A stretch of 64,000 bases of DNA from Octopus vulgaris (taxonomy: Eukaryota), in NCBI GenBank assembly GCA_951406725.2, contig OX597820.1, forward strand, positions 71,300,001 to 71,364,000. Direction: 5' to 3'. Below are positions 25,247 through 40,253 of the stretch, piece by piece; positions within the stretch are counted from its first letter, which is position 1, and each line of letters opens with the position of its first letter. The notes beneath the pieces were generated by a model. That model had not been told where the DNA came from and did not search any database. It was given only the letters and a program-made list of their open reading frames with translations. The translations under genes and the position numbers were made by a program.

Positions 25247-25478
25247 CGTCATCATCATCGATCAACGTCCGTTTTCCATGCTAGCATGGGTTGGATGGTT
25301 CGATTGGGGTCTGGGAAGCCAGATGGCTGCACCAGGCTCCAGTCTGATCTGGCAATGTTTCTACAGTTGGATGCTCTTCCTAATGCCAATCACTCTGTGA
25401 GTGTAGTGGGTGCTTTTTATGTGCTACCAGCACAGGGGCCAAAGGAGGCTGGCGCTTTTTATGTGCCATGGCATGGGT
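25247..25478 (-). mobile_element. RTE-3'UTR-type short element
   Basis: CATCATCATCGATCAACGTCCGTTTTCCATGCTAGCATGGG...GGATGCTCTTCCTAATGCC. Confidence 0.8.
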
Positions 25479-25499
25479 ATATATATATATACATATAGG

Positions 25500-26648
25500 A
25501 CGGTATGGTGCATGTGTGTGAACAGCCATGCTACATGGCAGTGAAACATGGGCTTTGATTACTGAGAACATGTGTAAGCTTGCAAGGGATGAAGCCAGTA
25601 TGCTCTGCTGGATGTGTAATGTCAGTGTGCATACACAACAGAGTGTAGGCGCCCTGAGAGAAAAGATGTGGTGTGCAAGAGAGACAACTGTGCTGGTATG
25701 GTCATATGCTGTGAATAGTTGAGGACAGCTGTGTGAAAATGTGTCAAACTCTATCAGTAGAAGGAACATGTGGAAGAGGTTGACCCAGGAAGACCTGGGT
25801 TGAGGTGTCAAGCACGACCTGCGAACATTGGTCCACATCGAGGCAATGACAAATGACTGAGACCTTTGGAATTATGCTGTGCTTGAGCAGACCCGGCAAG
25901 CCAAGTGAGACCATAACCTATGCCAGTGCAGTATAATCAGCCCATTTAAATTGCACTTGCGAAGTGAAATCATTGTCGTGATCAATGTCAGTGGAATGTT
26001 AAAAGCACCATTCCAGCATGATCATTGCCAGTGACGACTGACTGGCTCCCATGCCAGTGGCACATAAAATGCACCATTCGAGTGTGATCATTGCCAGTGT
26101 TGCTCTACTGGCTCCTGTGCTGTTGGCATGTATTGGGTTGTCCGGAAAGTTTGTGCCAATTTTTAAAGGAAAGTAAAAGGTCAATAGATACATGCGTTTC
26201 ATTTTTAATCAACCAAATATGAACCATTTTGTTGCACAATGCGTCTCCATCTTTCCTTTATCTTGAAAATACCCTCTTCCCAGAATTGAGGTGGTTTCAT
26301 GCAAAGAATTCATCAAGGTATCTTTTTATGTCATCCAAGGAATTGAAATTTTTACCATTAAGACTATTCTGCAGAGACCTGAATAAGTGGAAATCTGAAG
26401 GAGCGATATCTGGTGAATATGGAGGGTGGGGTAACACATCCCAGCCGAGCTGCAGCAATTTTCATCTGGTTCCCATCTGGCATGTAAAAATCACCCACTA
26501 CACTCTCAGAGTAGTTGGCATTAGGAAGGGCATCCAGCTGTAGAAACTTTGCCATATCAAACTGGAACCTGGTGCAGCTGTCTGGTTTGCCAGACTGGCC
26601 AACTCATGCCAGCATGGAAAGCAGATGCTAAACGATGATGATGATGAC
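25500..26648 (+). mobile_element. 5'-truncated RTE copy (ORF C-terminus + 3'UTR + (GAT)n tail) interrupted by a mariner fragment
   Basis: MLHGSETWALITENMCKLARDEASMLCWMCNVSVH matches the C-terminus of the 267-2912 ORF. The tail ends AAACGATGATGATGATG. Confidence 0.9.
26131..26477 (-). mobile_element. Mariner 3'-end fragment with one TIR, nested in the RTE 3'UTR
   Basis: TA-TTGGGTTGTCCGGAAAGTT TIR. Minus strand reads VLPHPPYSPDIAPSDFHLF. Confidence 0.85.
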
Positions 26649-26659
26649 ATACACACACA

Positions 26660-26820
26660 CGCTCTCAGAGTGGTTGGAATTATGAAGGGTATCTAGCCAT
26701 AGAAACTTTGCCAAATCAGACTAGGGTCTGGTGCAGCCCCTCAGCTTACCAGCCCAGGTCAAAGGATCCAACCCATGCTAGCATGGACAACATATGTTAA
26801 ATGATGATGATGATGATGAT
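26660..26820 (+). mobile_element. Additional RTE-3'UTR tail copy
   Basis: GAGTGGTTGG...GAAGGGTATCTAGCC...CCCATGCTAGCATGGA...(GAT)n. Confidence 0.75.
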
Positions 26821-26859
26821 ATATATATATACATGGATATATATATATAGTAGATTCAC

Positions 26860-27123
26860 CTATCGAAGACGACATATAAGTGTTCAACTTTTGCCGAACG
26901 ACCTGCACAAATGATTTGTTTATAGTGATTAAATGTTTGTACTGCACATTAGTGCACTCTCTCCATCAAATCAATGTTGCCTGAGCAGATGCACTGTGTA
27001 TTACGTGTCATGTATCAAAGTAATCACAGAGCAATGCAAAATTAAGTATTTTACTCAAGAACACGATGCACCATCTGCTCTTGCAATCGTACAACACCTT
27101 AACCACTATGCTATGCACCCTCA
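26860..27123 (-). mobile_element. Decayed tRNA-derived SINE (third family)
   Basis: Minus-strand head GGTGCATAGCATAGTGGTTAAGGTGTTG (A-box-like), followed by TGTTCTTGAGTAAAATACTT. Confidence 0.5.
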
Positions 27124-27137
27124 TATACATACATATG

Positions 27138-27192
<55 letters not shown>

Positions 27193-28499
27193 GCATGTGT
27201 GTGTGTATGTGTGGATACACACACACCCACACATATCACATATATGTATAAGTCTCTGTATTCACATATATGAATATACATACATACATATATATATATA
27301 TGTTTATACCTTGTATGTGTGTATAATGTGGATAATATAATGTATTTCTGGAAATAAACTATATTTTCAATTTCTTTTTCAAATAGTTCATCTTATTTAT
27401 TTATTGCTCATTATAAGGCTGTATTATGCTTTCCCCTCCATTGACAAGCATCCATTTACTTATTTGATAAATGTCTTAAAAAATGATATTTTTATTTGCG
27501 TAAAAACTTAACAAATGAAATTAGAAAACATTTGTAAAAAGATCTTTTTGCGATAAGTGATCTTTAAATATTATAATTTAAAGCATAGGTCTATAAAATT
27601 GTCTTTAATTTTCAGAAACTTATGAGGAATATGTTAATTACAATCAATTCCATATATCTTCAGATCTAAATAAATGAATGATTGAACCAAAGGATATACA
27701 TTTTATCATTATCGTTGCATAATAGGGATGATCAGTAATATTTGAATAAATTAATTTTATTATATATGTTAATTTGAAATCTTTTTGTTGGCCATTGAGT
27801 AAATATGAGGAAAATAATACCTTTTATGTGAAATAAGATGAATTGTCTGTTTTATCATAGTTATACAGATAGATTTGTATTATGTATAAAGATGATGAAG
27901 AATAAAAGTGGTCTTTTGAAATGCATATTTGGCAGAAATTTTCTGCATAATATCATATTAACAAAAGGCTTAAGTTCTCAGTTTGTCAAGATTTGGTATT
28001 ATGCTACACTCAGAAAATTTGATAAAATTCAGAAAATATGCAAATATTTTTTATGTTTACTGGAAATGCAGCTAGTTATATCTGACAAATTGTTTTCAAT
28101 GAAAATGAAATAATTGATTATGAAAATAACAGTTTATTTATTGTTGTGAAGATAAAAATCATTATGAGCATAATTTCTTTAATTTTGTTTCAAAAATAAA
28201 CTTTTCTTCTTTTATCTATTTCACTATTAATTTACTTCTTGAAAGTAGATTTATTAATTTTTTAAAATATTAAATGTAAATTGTTATTTTATTTAGTAAA
28301 TGTATTGTAGGGCTATAGATTTAAATAAATGGACAGCAATATATTTACAAGAGGATACAGTATGTTCTTTTAATCCAGAAAACATTTCTATATAAATATT
28401 GCAAAATTTTAAAAATACTTAATCTTTTCCATCATTTTCATTAAAACATCCTCATGGATATTTAAAGGCTGGTTGTCTCTATTTCTAAGTTAAATATTG

Positions 28500-30550
28500 T
28501 TGAGTAATGGTAATCATGCAACTGTCAGTCCTATAATCTTTAATAAACTATGCTGTTGGAATGGCTGCAAAACTCTGCTAGCTTTGACTCTTCATTATTA
28601 ATTTGATAAGGCAGTATAAGTTAGATCATAACTGCAATCTCAACGTACATAAAATCCTGCATCCATTACTTGAAATATTACACAACATTCAAATATTCAC
28701 AGGTCATAATACTACATTAGAAAAACTAGAAAAACAAATATTCAAAGTAAAAACCAATAATGTTGAGGTTATAAGCAGAAGTATATTATTAACAAGTTTA
28801 CCAACCATCTCACTATACTAACATCCAATCTGCATTGCCTCAGCACATCTCTGAATACTACTTAGGGAGTGGGAATGTCAATATATATGCCCTATTTTGT
28901 TACAAAAACAAAGATAATATTAGGTGAAGCACAATAGCATCACAACCAAACTCTCCTGACATTCTAAACAAGCTACATCAACACACCCATATATCACACT
29001 AAGCTAGCTGCAATAATTCTTCCTTGAATATTATAGGCAACATGTGGTTCAATGTATATAGAAACTGTCAACTCTAAGCAAAACACATACAAAAATTGAT
29101 GGAAAGTGAAGTACACCCCAATAAAATATTGACACATACAGATAACATAAATACCAAAAACTTATATTTCCTTTTTAAACCTACAATTCTTAACAATAAA
29201 TTAACACACAAAATTTAAATATGTTGCTATATAACACAAATGGCTTAAAGCTAATTTTTATGGAACAGAAAATATAGTCACACATGGCATTCACATTACA
29301 CGAAACATCACTACAAGCCCCAAACTAGATAGGACAACTCATATCTCAGATTATTCTGCAAATAATTTGAGATATGAGCAAAGACGTCAATGCATCCTGG
29401 AAGAAGGTCAATACAGAAAACACTAGAGGTGACACAGTAGTATCACAACTAATTTCCTTTTACATCCTAAACAATCTACACCAGTACACCGACTTTCCTA
29501 ATAAAGCTATCTACAATTCTTCAGATGTCACTTTCTGCTGATCATACCTTACTACCACAACAATGCAACAAATACTGATACAACCCTCTTCTATCAGCAC
29601 AACACACTCCCATTCATGAACAAAACAAACATTTTTGTTAATTTATAAAAAAAAATACATTGAAATTCAATGTGCCAAAAAAAAAAGCAATATTTACAAA
29701 ACATCACCACAATCTCTAACACAGATGCTATTCAACAAAATAATTGACATTTTCAAAATACATATGCCATAAGGCAACATTTGTAAAATAACACTCTGTT
29801 AATGACATTTCTAAAATAGGGATGAAACCTGGTAAGAAAAAAGAGTCAAACTCCAAACACATACCTTAATGTCCAGTCACTAAATGAAGAAATAACAAAG
29901 ACTATAAACCTAAAATAGCTAATATTTGTAACAAAAAAATCCCATAAAACAATCAGTGAAGCAATACACAAAGTATCATTAGCAACTTGAAAAATAGCCT
30001 GACTTACTACATTCACAAAACTTAATGCAACATACCCACCTTCCAACAGTAAGTCACTTATCAAACTCTTGAAATTTTCCACTAAAAAGCTACATAAAGA
30101 AGATAAAAAAAGTAATCTATGTTCTTTCTATTAAGAACTTGAACCATGAGAGTTTCCTTCCTACAGACACCTGAACAGCTATTGGAGAAATTCAAACCCA
30201 TCACTGCATGGCAGTTTTAAAGCCTAGCAAAACAATACTTGAAGGAGCATCACATGGACTCTTTACCTTCCTTCCTACAAGTAGTAATTCAGAAAGCCTT
30301 ATCCTGGGCATCACCAACCAATACATTCCTTTCTCCAATTCAATATAATCAGACTACTCATTCTATTTGTCTATATCCTTGGCATCCCTTCTGTATCTTA
30401 CCCCCAACACCTTACATTAAACACTTTTCCAAATTACCCCTCTCCAGAGCTACTGGTATTTACCCCCTGATTTTGCACATATTTTGGACTATGATCTGCA
30501 GAAGTGCAATCTAAGTATTAATTGCCTTAACTGTCATGGATGCTGATCCA
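28500..30550 (+). mobile_element. Highly decayed retroelement remnant, probably Penelope-like
   Basis: A/C-rich strand-biased composition with scattered coding-like traces (e.g. IPYYHNN). No intact motif. Confidence 0.3.
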
Positions 30551-33500
30551 CTTCATCTAACTTATTTAGAGGAAACAATGGTAAAAATATCAAGACTAAT
30601 ATACATAGTTATCAATACTATATACACAAGATGTTGATAAATGTAGAGAAATAAGAAAAGATTGCAAGACTACATTTTTATATGCCTAGATGTGTATTTG
30701 ATAGCAATTGATTGTGAATACTAAACTAAAGATTTAAAATAGTGTTTCTCAAATGCAATGATATTCAATACTTAAATAATGGGAATTTTAATAACTACGA
30801 TTAGTGGGATAGAAATATATATGTTTATTTAGTGTTGCTGTGAAAATAGAACTCATAGACAAATTGCTGGAAGTTTAGAAGCTTGAAGAGAGGATCTGAC
30901 TGATTAGTTTTGTCTTTCATTAAAGACCCATCAGGAATCACCACAGATAATGAGCTGTCAAAGTTAAGAAGCAAATTATTTATTGCAAATGTAAGTATAT
31001 TAAGACAAGCATAATGACATTTACATAATGGTTCAGATTTGATGGTCTGTCATTAATAAATATAGTACCAATGCAACATAGCTGTGAATATGCATGTGAA
31101 ACTCATGTTTAGTAACATTGTGAAAATAGATCCAATGGGGCTTTGGCTGTAAGAACTGAACAGACTAGTTTCCTCTTTATTTGAAGATTCATTAGTACTA
31201 AAATTCTTAATACCTAACCATCCATCAGCCTCCTGTCATTATGTAAATTTTAGAAATACTTCTCAAGATTTTGCAATTTGAAAGATGAAACTCTAGGTTG
31301 TTCTATTCTCAATTCAAGCTGTCAAAGCTCTTGTGGTTTATCCACAAGGTCCATTTTCACAAGACTGAATCCATATTAACATATTATATATGATCTCTGT
31401 ATACATATTTATGAATGACAACTTTGGATTGGGGATATGAGAAGACGTGAATGGTACATGTAGTTTGATATAAAATTTAATTTTGTCAAAGTGAAACTTT
31501 AAATGTAACTAATCCTAATTCAAATACAGAGTGTACTTTACTGCATTTCAGAATTGTAGCATGAACATTAAAAGATTAAGAATCAATAGTTAATGGATTT
31601 TGATATAATATTCCCTTGTTGCCTTGCATTATATCTCTGGGCAAAACTCCTTTCTCAGTAACTTGTCCTGGTTCTAGAGATACTGGTGTTCTTTCATGTA
31701 GATAATACTTATAATTTTCTTGTACAGAAGCTACCTGTGATCTCAAAATTGCTTCAAGTACTGTAGTGGTGCATAGCATTTTGTTAATTTAGTCACATGA
31801 GATAAACACACTTTTCTTTCTTATGGTTTGTAGTAGTAAAAGCATTTTATGTAAATATTTGTTCTAGATTTATCATTTATGTTTGTACATTAAATTTTAT
31901 TATAATTCTTGTAAAGTTGACTTGTCAAATTGTATAAATAATCATTTTTCATATCAGCACAAGGCATGTGGCTGGTTATGGAAGCAGTCAAACCGACCCC
32001 CATTCTTTCAAATCGCAAAATCTTGAGAAGTATTTCTAAAATTTACATAATGATAGGAGGCTGATGGATGGTTAGGTATTAAGAATTTTAGTACTAATGA
32101 ATCTTCAAGTAAAGCAATTGGTTGACAATCTTATTTTCCTGCTTTGGACTTCCTTTTATGTTCCCATTTTGTCATTGTTTACCAATAGTCATCTTTATAC
32201 ATACTTTTGATATGAAATTATTTTCACTTATTTTGACAACTTTGTTCGATATTTCAGGTATTTTGATCCTGGAAAATCCAACCGATAAAAGCAGCATTTA
32301 CATGTCAGATATTTTGTCAGTAAAAGGTGACAAGCACAAAAATACAAATTCTGAAAATAATTTTTGCACATTCTGAATTTCTGACATTCAAAACATAAAT
32401 ATCTGAAGATTATTTGAAGAAATTAATAAGTTAAAAGTTAGAATGAGTCATTACCTACTCACTTTCAAGTATTTACCTACTTGTTTTGGTAACTGAGAAA
32501 AGCCAAGATAGATTTTTATAGTCCCACTTTTAATTATGCCTCTGTTTAATATACCATTTAATGCAACTCTTCCTGTAATTTCTTGCTTATATTTTCCTGT
32601 CTTACATAATCCTGAAAGGTTAAGAACTGGCAGAGTCATTATGGCATTAAATACAATGCTTTGTAGAATTTGTTCCAACTCTCTGCATTTTTGTTTCAGA
32701 TGTTGCTGAATTCAAATGTACCTGTTATTGTTGGTGTTAATAAATAAGGTTCTGGTCCAGTCTAGTGGATTGATGAAGTTGCTAAAATATCAAACAAGAT
32801 GCCTTGCTGTATCTGTTTCAGTTCTTTGCATTCTGAGTTCAAATATCAGCTCCTACCACTGCTTTCTTCATTGAAGGAAATGGATCATTTGGGATCCAGC
32901 TAATAGCGAAAGGCTTTCAATGTCAGATAGAGCAATGCATTCATTGGAGCAACATTTTGGTTGTATCAATAAATCAAGAGGACTCTGCTTAATATTAAAC
33001 ACTAGGTCAGTAAAAGTCTTGAGAAAGAAAGAGAATTACTTTGTTTACAGTTAAAACAGTAATTCTCTTTTACTGCTTCTACTCTACTTTCCAATCCATT
33101 GTTCCCTAACCGAAAGGCTGGATACTTTAAGAGCTAAGATCATTGTTTTGTGTCCATGCAATTTTAAAATTTGATGTTTCAGATCTCAGGTGATTAAAAA
33201 CCATTTCTTTGGTTGAGCTTAAGAGCAGATGCCATCTGAAAACTCTGGGCCATCTTTGACCTTTATTTATTGTTCTAGAAGCAAACAACATATAACACCA
33301 TCTTTGACATTGAATAAAACAGACTTTAGCAGGCAGATCCATCATGTCATTGCAATGTGACTGTAAAGTAGTAAGTCATAGTATTTATTCATTAGGTTCA
33401 CTATTATACATCACAGTACAAAGATTATAGCATTATAGTTGTTCCCTTTGACTTGTAAATTCTGTTTCTTTGGGATTTATTTCCTGCATTGTTAATGTTC

Positions 33501-36500
33501 TCTAAGTAAATAGAAATATTTAAGTGTTGGGCAAAATGTTTGCCTGAGCCTTATATCTTAACAGTTCACCTTTTTCTTTCAGCATAAAGAAAGCATTATA
33601 TGCAGCCTAACATCCTCATTCATAAATATATACATGTTTTCTCCAGGTCCCTGCATTTAGGAAAAAATTCTTGAAGCTTGATTTTTTAAAATGATTGTAT
33701 TGCATTATGAATAAGCACAGCTCTCTTAATTACAGCTCACTGCTGTAAGTTGCTGAGCTGTATTGATACCATGATTATCATTAGTATCCTTACCATTGTC
33801 AGCATTGTAACATATTTTTCAGTACTGATATTGGATGGGTAGCGATATGGCATATAAGCATATGTCTTATTTCTGCACCCTCTTATTTTTCGGTCCCAAC
33901 ATTCTCAGATCTGATATTTCTATTTGTGTCTTGTCTGGTTTGTTTATTCTGATAGAGCTTTCAACCAGCAAATGTGACCCATTTCTCTGGAATGTCCATA
34001 CTAGTGTGGTTCCATCAATGCACATTGGCCAATACTTTTAATTTTCTGTTGCTTTTGCAGTTTCATTGCATTCAATTTTTTAGGCAGTTTAATATTGCAC
34101 AACCAACAAATCATTCTCAATAAATCTGAAAATCTCTGCAGATTTATTCTAGGTTCCATATTTCACCACTAGGGAACATTCATCTTCTTACACATGCTTT
34201 CTTAATGTTGTAATTTCCGAAGACCAATGGATTCTCTGTGTAAAAGGCTTGCAAACTGAGGCATGGATAAGGAACAAAATGCTACATATCAGTAAACACA
34301 GGCACTAATTGTAGAGTGTTTACAGAAGTTGGGGAGAAAGGATATGTGTATACGTTGATTGTACAGCTGTCATTAGAATGAAAGGCAGGTAGATGTAAAA
34401 TGAAGTGGTTTGACATAAAAATGTATCTACCAGTAATGTTACATTACTCTTGGTCATCCACAACTAAGTGACCTATGGCATGTGGGTAGTCAGCCAAATA
34501 CTTAAAGATGTTAGTCGGTGCCAGTGCATGCAGAAGTGGTGGTTGTACTGTTATGGATATATGATGTGGATGGATGACATCTGATAGTTTAAAAAATGTT
34601 GTCTGATGGTAGTGGAAAGTAACAAGAAAACAAAGGAAGAAATAGAAAGTAAGAAAGAAGATATGGGAAGATCCAAGAGTGTTAGATCTCACTGCAAATG
34701 GCACTGTGTAGTATATCTTGCCAAATTAATGTTTACATAGAAAACCTAAAAGGGTGCTGATTTTGATGTTGATATTTGGAAGATATTGTATTAGAAAATC
34801 ACCTGATTTTAAACATATATTTGGATAATCATTAAAATACAATTAACATGCTGAGAGTTAATATTTATGATTCAATGGAAGATAACATTTTCAAATTAAA
34901 ATGCTCCCAGAATTAAAAAAACAAAACAATTTGTGACGTTGTGACTATGAATTCATGAAAAAGATTATAGATATGTCATAAGGCATTTAAGAAATTGAGA
35001 ATTACTAAATTATAACTTTTTAAAAAAAAGATGGTGCATTTAATGTTTTAGATGAGCTTTAAATTTCTTGATTTTATTTTCCCCCTGGTATTCTTCTGTA
35101 TGAATTAAACTACTAAAATTAGTGTTGAAATAATTTTTTTCAAGCAACATTGATCTGATATCCTAAAACTGTGTTATGTGATGTGTGTCTAATTATAACT
35201 GGAATAGAATAAAAGTTGTTTTTCATCTTTGGGTAACTATCACATTCAGTTCTATATTATATTTTTGATAAATTTTTTGTCTGCTGTAATTTTGATTAAA
35301 AAGTGAAATGAAAATCATTAATGCTCAATAGTCAATTGAATGTTGCTTGTTATAGTGTAACAAGTGAGAAATATTTTAATTACTCTGTTGTGCAAATCTT
35401 TTGTATTCTGTGAATTGAAATATTGCTTTGTGAAGTTTAGCTGTGCTAGATAATTGTTATTTTTTCAATCATTAAGACCGCTTTATATACATATATCTTG
35501 AAATTTCTTGTATAATTTCTCAAAATGTTTTTCTAAAGGCTATACATACACAATTACCTTTTGTTATTAGTTATTCAAGAGGAGTGAGCTGCACCATTTG
35601 TGCACCTCACCATCGGTCTTGATGTTTTGGAGTATTTAATTACACACATTTATATTTTGAGTTCAGTTCCTACAAAAATCTGTATGAGTATCAAGATATA
35701 CGGTAGCTCAGTTCAGTCACTGCTTTTCTTTCTTTCTTTTATATAGAACTGTGTACCAAAGAAATCAATAATAAATTATTATACGAAGTAGAACAAACAA
35801 CCAGTTTTGTAGCCATTATTCTTATAACTATTTTTTTTAAAAATGGAAACAGGTTCTAAGATGCTAAGTTTGGACCATTTTATTGCATATAAAGTAATAT
35901 AAAAATCTGAGATGGAAAAATCATTATATACTGCAATTTTGTTTTTGAGTATTATAGACAATCAGAAAAGATGATTCTCCCATTAGGCCCATTGTCTGTA
36001 AAGAGAGATATAAGTAGCGATAAGTGTTGTAATGCTACACTGAAATATGTAAATGTACATTTTCATTAATGAACATTAATGAACATGAATATATAAGATT
36101 TTCAATTGCCAAAAATAAAATTTATTAAAAAATATATATATTTTAGAATTTATAGCTATTTGAAAATATATTTATTTGAAATAATTATATATATTTTTTT
36201 ATTTCAACAACAATTTAATGATTTAAATGAATCTATTTATTCAACACCACAGGAATTTTTCTTGTATTTTAGAATTATCTTTTGATTTAAGGTAATTCAG
36301 CTCCTGCTCTATTGTAATTTTATGTAATTTTAAAATTTAGTTCTTGCTGAAGTACTTTTTACTTTTGGAAAAATAGTTGATGCCACTGGCATGGATAACC
36401 AAGTCAAGCCCTCACCCTCCAGTAATGCAATAAAGTATTGGGTGAAAAAAAAGTCTCACAGAATGTGAAAGAACATTTCCATTTATGTATGTATTAGATA

Positions 36501-38589
36501 ACCCAGTTACATACACATATACACATACACAGATCTATGCGTGTACATTCAGAAAAATTCTAATTTCTCTAATTTGGTACTGATGGGCTTCCTAGGAAAT
36601 ATCATAGCTGACATGATTTTAATCAGCACTATTTTTTCTTACAATTATATTTTTATTTTATCAATAGTTTATAATTTTGATAAATTCACTTATATATGCA
36701 CACATGCTGACCTATCACAGACAGCTAAACAAGTGACTGAGTGACTGAAAATATCACCTTGGACATGTAACTTCACATCCTCCACGCAACATTAATTACT
36801 CCAAATGATCTGCATGTAGTTGTAGCAGTACAGGCAGAGAACATAACCTACAATTTCTAGGCAACTCGTACTTCCACAAGCTGAGTGGCTTTTATCCTCT
36901 GCTGTAACTCCTAGAAATCAAAAGATATTTTTAGGATTGATACAGAATGAAAGCTCTCCTTTTTCTCAAATTGTAATCAGTCCTCTTGATCCCTTGCCAA
37001 ATCTATTACTGCCACTTTGTGGAACTTTTGTAGCCACCTTTCTTCATCTCAGAAGGCTCTCATGGAGAAAGGCTATTTGCTTTGTATTCCCATCTACACT
37101 GCACCGCTATAACAAAACTCCTCTAAAACATGCCTTCTTCCCTCTCCACCAATCACTCTAATGCATATGCATATACATTAAGTATGAAGACATCTTCAGT
37201 TGCTTCAAACCAGCAAGATCACTAACACTGTCCCTTCCATTACTCTCAGATTGTGTACTCCAGTCAAAATATTCTCCCTGCATAAGTCTCTGTAGAGATC
37301 TGCCTAATTTTTGGAAATCTACTTCTGTGTGTCCAACATTAATCTATCACTCTTCTAACATCTCAAAAGTGAATGGAAACTATTGCTGAAGTTGAACATA
37401 AACTGCATTAATCTCACCTGTTTTGCTGAACAGAGCAAAAGTCATGGATACATCTCTACACCTTCTAAGTCCTAAAAATATATAAGTTGATCGTCATTTG
37501 CTCATTATTTCTATTATTCATCTTTTTATATCTAATTTGTTAAAATTTTGAGTTAGGAATTGACTGGCCAACAAAACAAAATGCTTTGTTTTGAAACAAA
37601 ACAATAAAAAATGTATAGTAAAGAAAAATAGGGTAGAAATAAATGTATAGTAGGGTAAAGTGAAATTTGGAATTTTCTTATTATAAACCATTGCTTTTTA
37701 AAATTAATAGTATTAAAAATATTTTAATCAGTTCAAATTAATATACAAGCTGATGTCACACATCCTACCATCATGCAAGAATAAATGTAGAAAATGATGT
37801 AAATTATTCCATCTGACATTTGAATGGCTATTTTCCTGCAGCTCATGAATCTATTACCGTGAACATTTATTTTACCTTATCATGCTAATATAAAACATAC
37901 TGCTTGAGAAAGAGTATACAAATAAGGCCGCACACATTTTCTTAATTTAAATAAAATCAAATATGCAAGTCTAGATTAAAAAAAAAATCATTGTTGTATT
38001 AAAAGAGATATTTTAATATTTTCATTTTATAAAAATAGTCTTCCAAAAGTGTGTTAACCTCTTTGATTATCTTAGTTATTTCTGGCACTATGCTATTCAT
38101 AAAAAAAACTATACCTGACTTCAGTAAAAAGCAAATAAAGAGGTACAGTAATTTGCTACGAGGAGCAAGCAGGTAATATCTAATATTATGTGCAAAGTCT
38201 TTTGTATCTGTCATTTAATTGAAATTTTTAGAAATAAGACAAATTTCTATTGTTATTTAGAAAATTATTTTCTTAAAGAAAATTATTTATTACATTAATT
38301 TTCCTTTCATCTAGAATGATTCAGTATCTTTCATGTGTTGGGTGGCCTTAGATGAGAGTATTATGTACATTTCTAGCACACCACCATTACTAGAGTGCAG
38401 AGGGTGTTGTAGTTGCTGTAGGAAAAAAAAAAGAAAAGAGAAAAAACACACACAGAGTAGGAAGACAGTACAGTTATAGGCTAAAGGCTGAGGTGTGACT
38501 TCTTGGCAATCAGTTGGTAGAAGGAGATTCATGCGATTAGTAGGAACACTAACATGTAGGAACAATATTCCATTGTGAGTTTCACATGA

Positions 38590-39960
38590 GCTTTCAGGAG
38601 AATCAGTAACGGTTTAGAACTGAATTATTTTCCAGTCCTGAATAGGAAGGCTGGTTTATGGAACACAATTTTGCTTTGTTAAATTTGAGATAGCCAGATT
38701 GTTAGTGATTGTGAGGTATAACATCATAGTAACTTTGAAGTGGTTTGTTCCATGTTGTCCAAGATTGGAAGTGATGAGATACAAGAGTGTTTCCTTTATA
38801 TGAGCAATGACTGTACTGTTGTTCTGTTAAAGGAGACCAGATTGACACAGTCTCATTGGAGAATATATTCAAGTTCTTTTGTTAATAAGGTATGGTTGGT
38901 TTGATGGGAAGATCCTGGGTTGTGTATAGTTGAGGTGTCCATGTTGTGCCTGCATGTAAAAGGTTAAGAAGGTGTGAAGATTTGAATTCTCTATTTAGGA
39001 GTTAGTGCTATTAGAGGTAATTGTAAGTATGTTGTTAATGCATAAGAGGAAAAATGTGAGGGGAAAAGAAAAGCATAGAGCAATGTTGATAACTTGAGTT
39101 AGACAGAGACCCATCTGTAACAGTTCAATTTGACTGAAAGCTTTTAAGATTAGACAGATGGAGGCCATAGGCTGTAGATTACAATTGAGATACTCATTGC
39201 TGACTTGTTTAGATGCTGAAAAATGCAACAACATTGTTTTGCTGAATTTCTCAAGGACAAAGAGTGATGCAGGAGAGCAATCTTGGGAATCTAGCTCTAC
39301 AGAGGAAAGTGGGTAAGTGGAGATGGAGAAAATGATTGTTGACAACTTTTCATCATCTTTGATATGTAGGAAATGAGAGCAATTGCTTGTAGGATTAGAA
39401 TTTGGTGGTTTTGGAGGAAAGATATACTGTAGCATGTTTCTAAAGATAGGGATATATCCTGCAGAGAGAAAGATTAAGGTGGCAAGCTGGCAGAAATGTT
39501 AGCATGCCAAGCAAAATGCTTAGTGGTATTTCATCTGTCTTTACATTCTGAGTTCAAATTCCTTTCAGAGTTGATAAATTAAGTACCAGTTGCATACTGG
39601 GATCAATCTAATCGACTGGACCCCTCCCCCAAAATTTCAGACCTTGTGCCTAGAGTAGAAAAGACAGAAAGATTGAAGTGTTTGGCTTGGGAGTTAGCTT
39701 TGGATTGCATTGTTTAAGGGCAATGAAAAGAACATTGTCCTGACTGGTTGACTTGTTTGAATGGAAGTGACAGGAAATATTTTAGCACTTGGTGTATGCA
39801 CTGTGGAGTGAAGGCAGAGTGATTTGGAAGAATTATGTAAAGTGTATGCATTATGGAGGTGATTGCAAAGTAGGAAGTAGTATCTGTAGAAATACAGCTT
39901 ACAGTGCTCTCATGGCTGAAGAATAGCTGACAGGATGATTCCAAGTTGGTGTGCATTTTT
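38590..39960 (-). mobile_element. Decayed Penelope-like RT remnant interrupted by a SINE
   Basis: G/T-rich + strand, residual 146-aa ORF (38995-39435), thumb-like traces near 38830-38990. Confidence 0.35.
39476..39663 (+). mobile_element. CORE-type tRNA SINE with internal deletion
   Basis: AAGGTGGCAAGCTGGCAGAA...GAGTTCAAATTCC...GATAAATTAAGTACCAG...CCTTGTGCCTAGAGTAGAAAAGA, the reverse complement of 56597-56812. Confidence 0.8.
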
Positions 39961-40253
39961 TATGTAGAGTCTAAAAGGGTTAGCCTCAATTTGAGAGGAT
40001 TGGGAGATTGCAAGCTTTGAGGCACTCGAATGCATTGTACAAACACATTGACTTATGAACACATGATTTATGGTGAAGAGGAGAAATAGAACTGTATGAA
40101 TGATTTTTCAAGTAAAGAAAAGAAAAACAGTCTAATAAAACAATAAATTCCATTCCATCTTGGGGAAAATGGATGTAATGTCACTGATTATGATAATTGA
40201 CCAAAAGTTTTAGACAAAGTTATAAGAGTCATTTATATGTATATACATGATTA

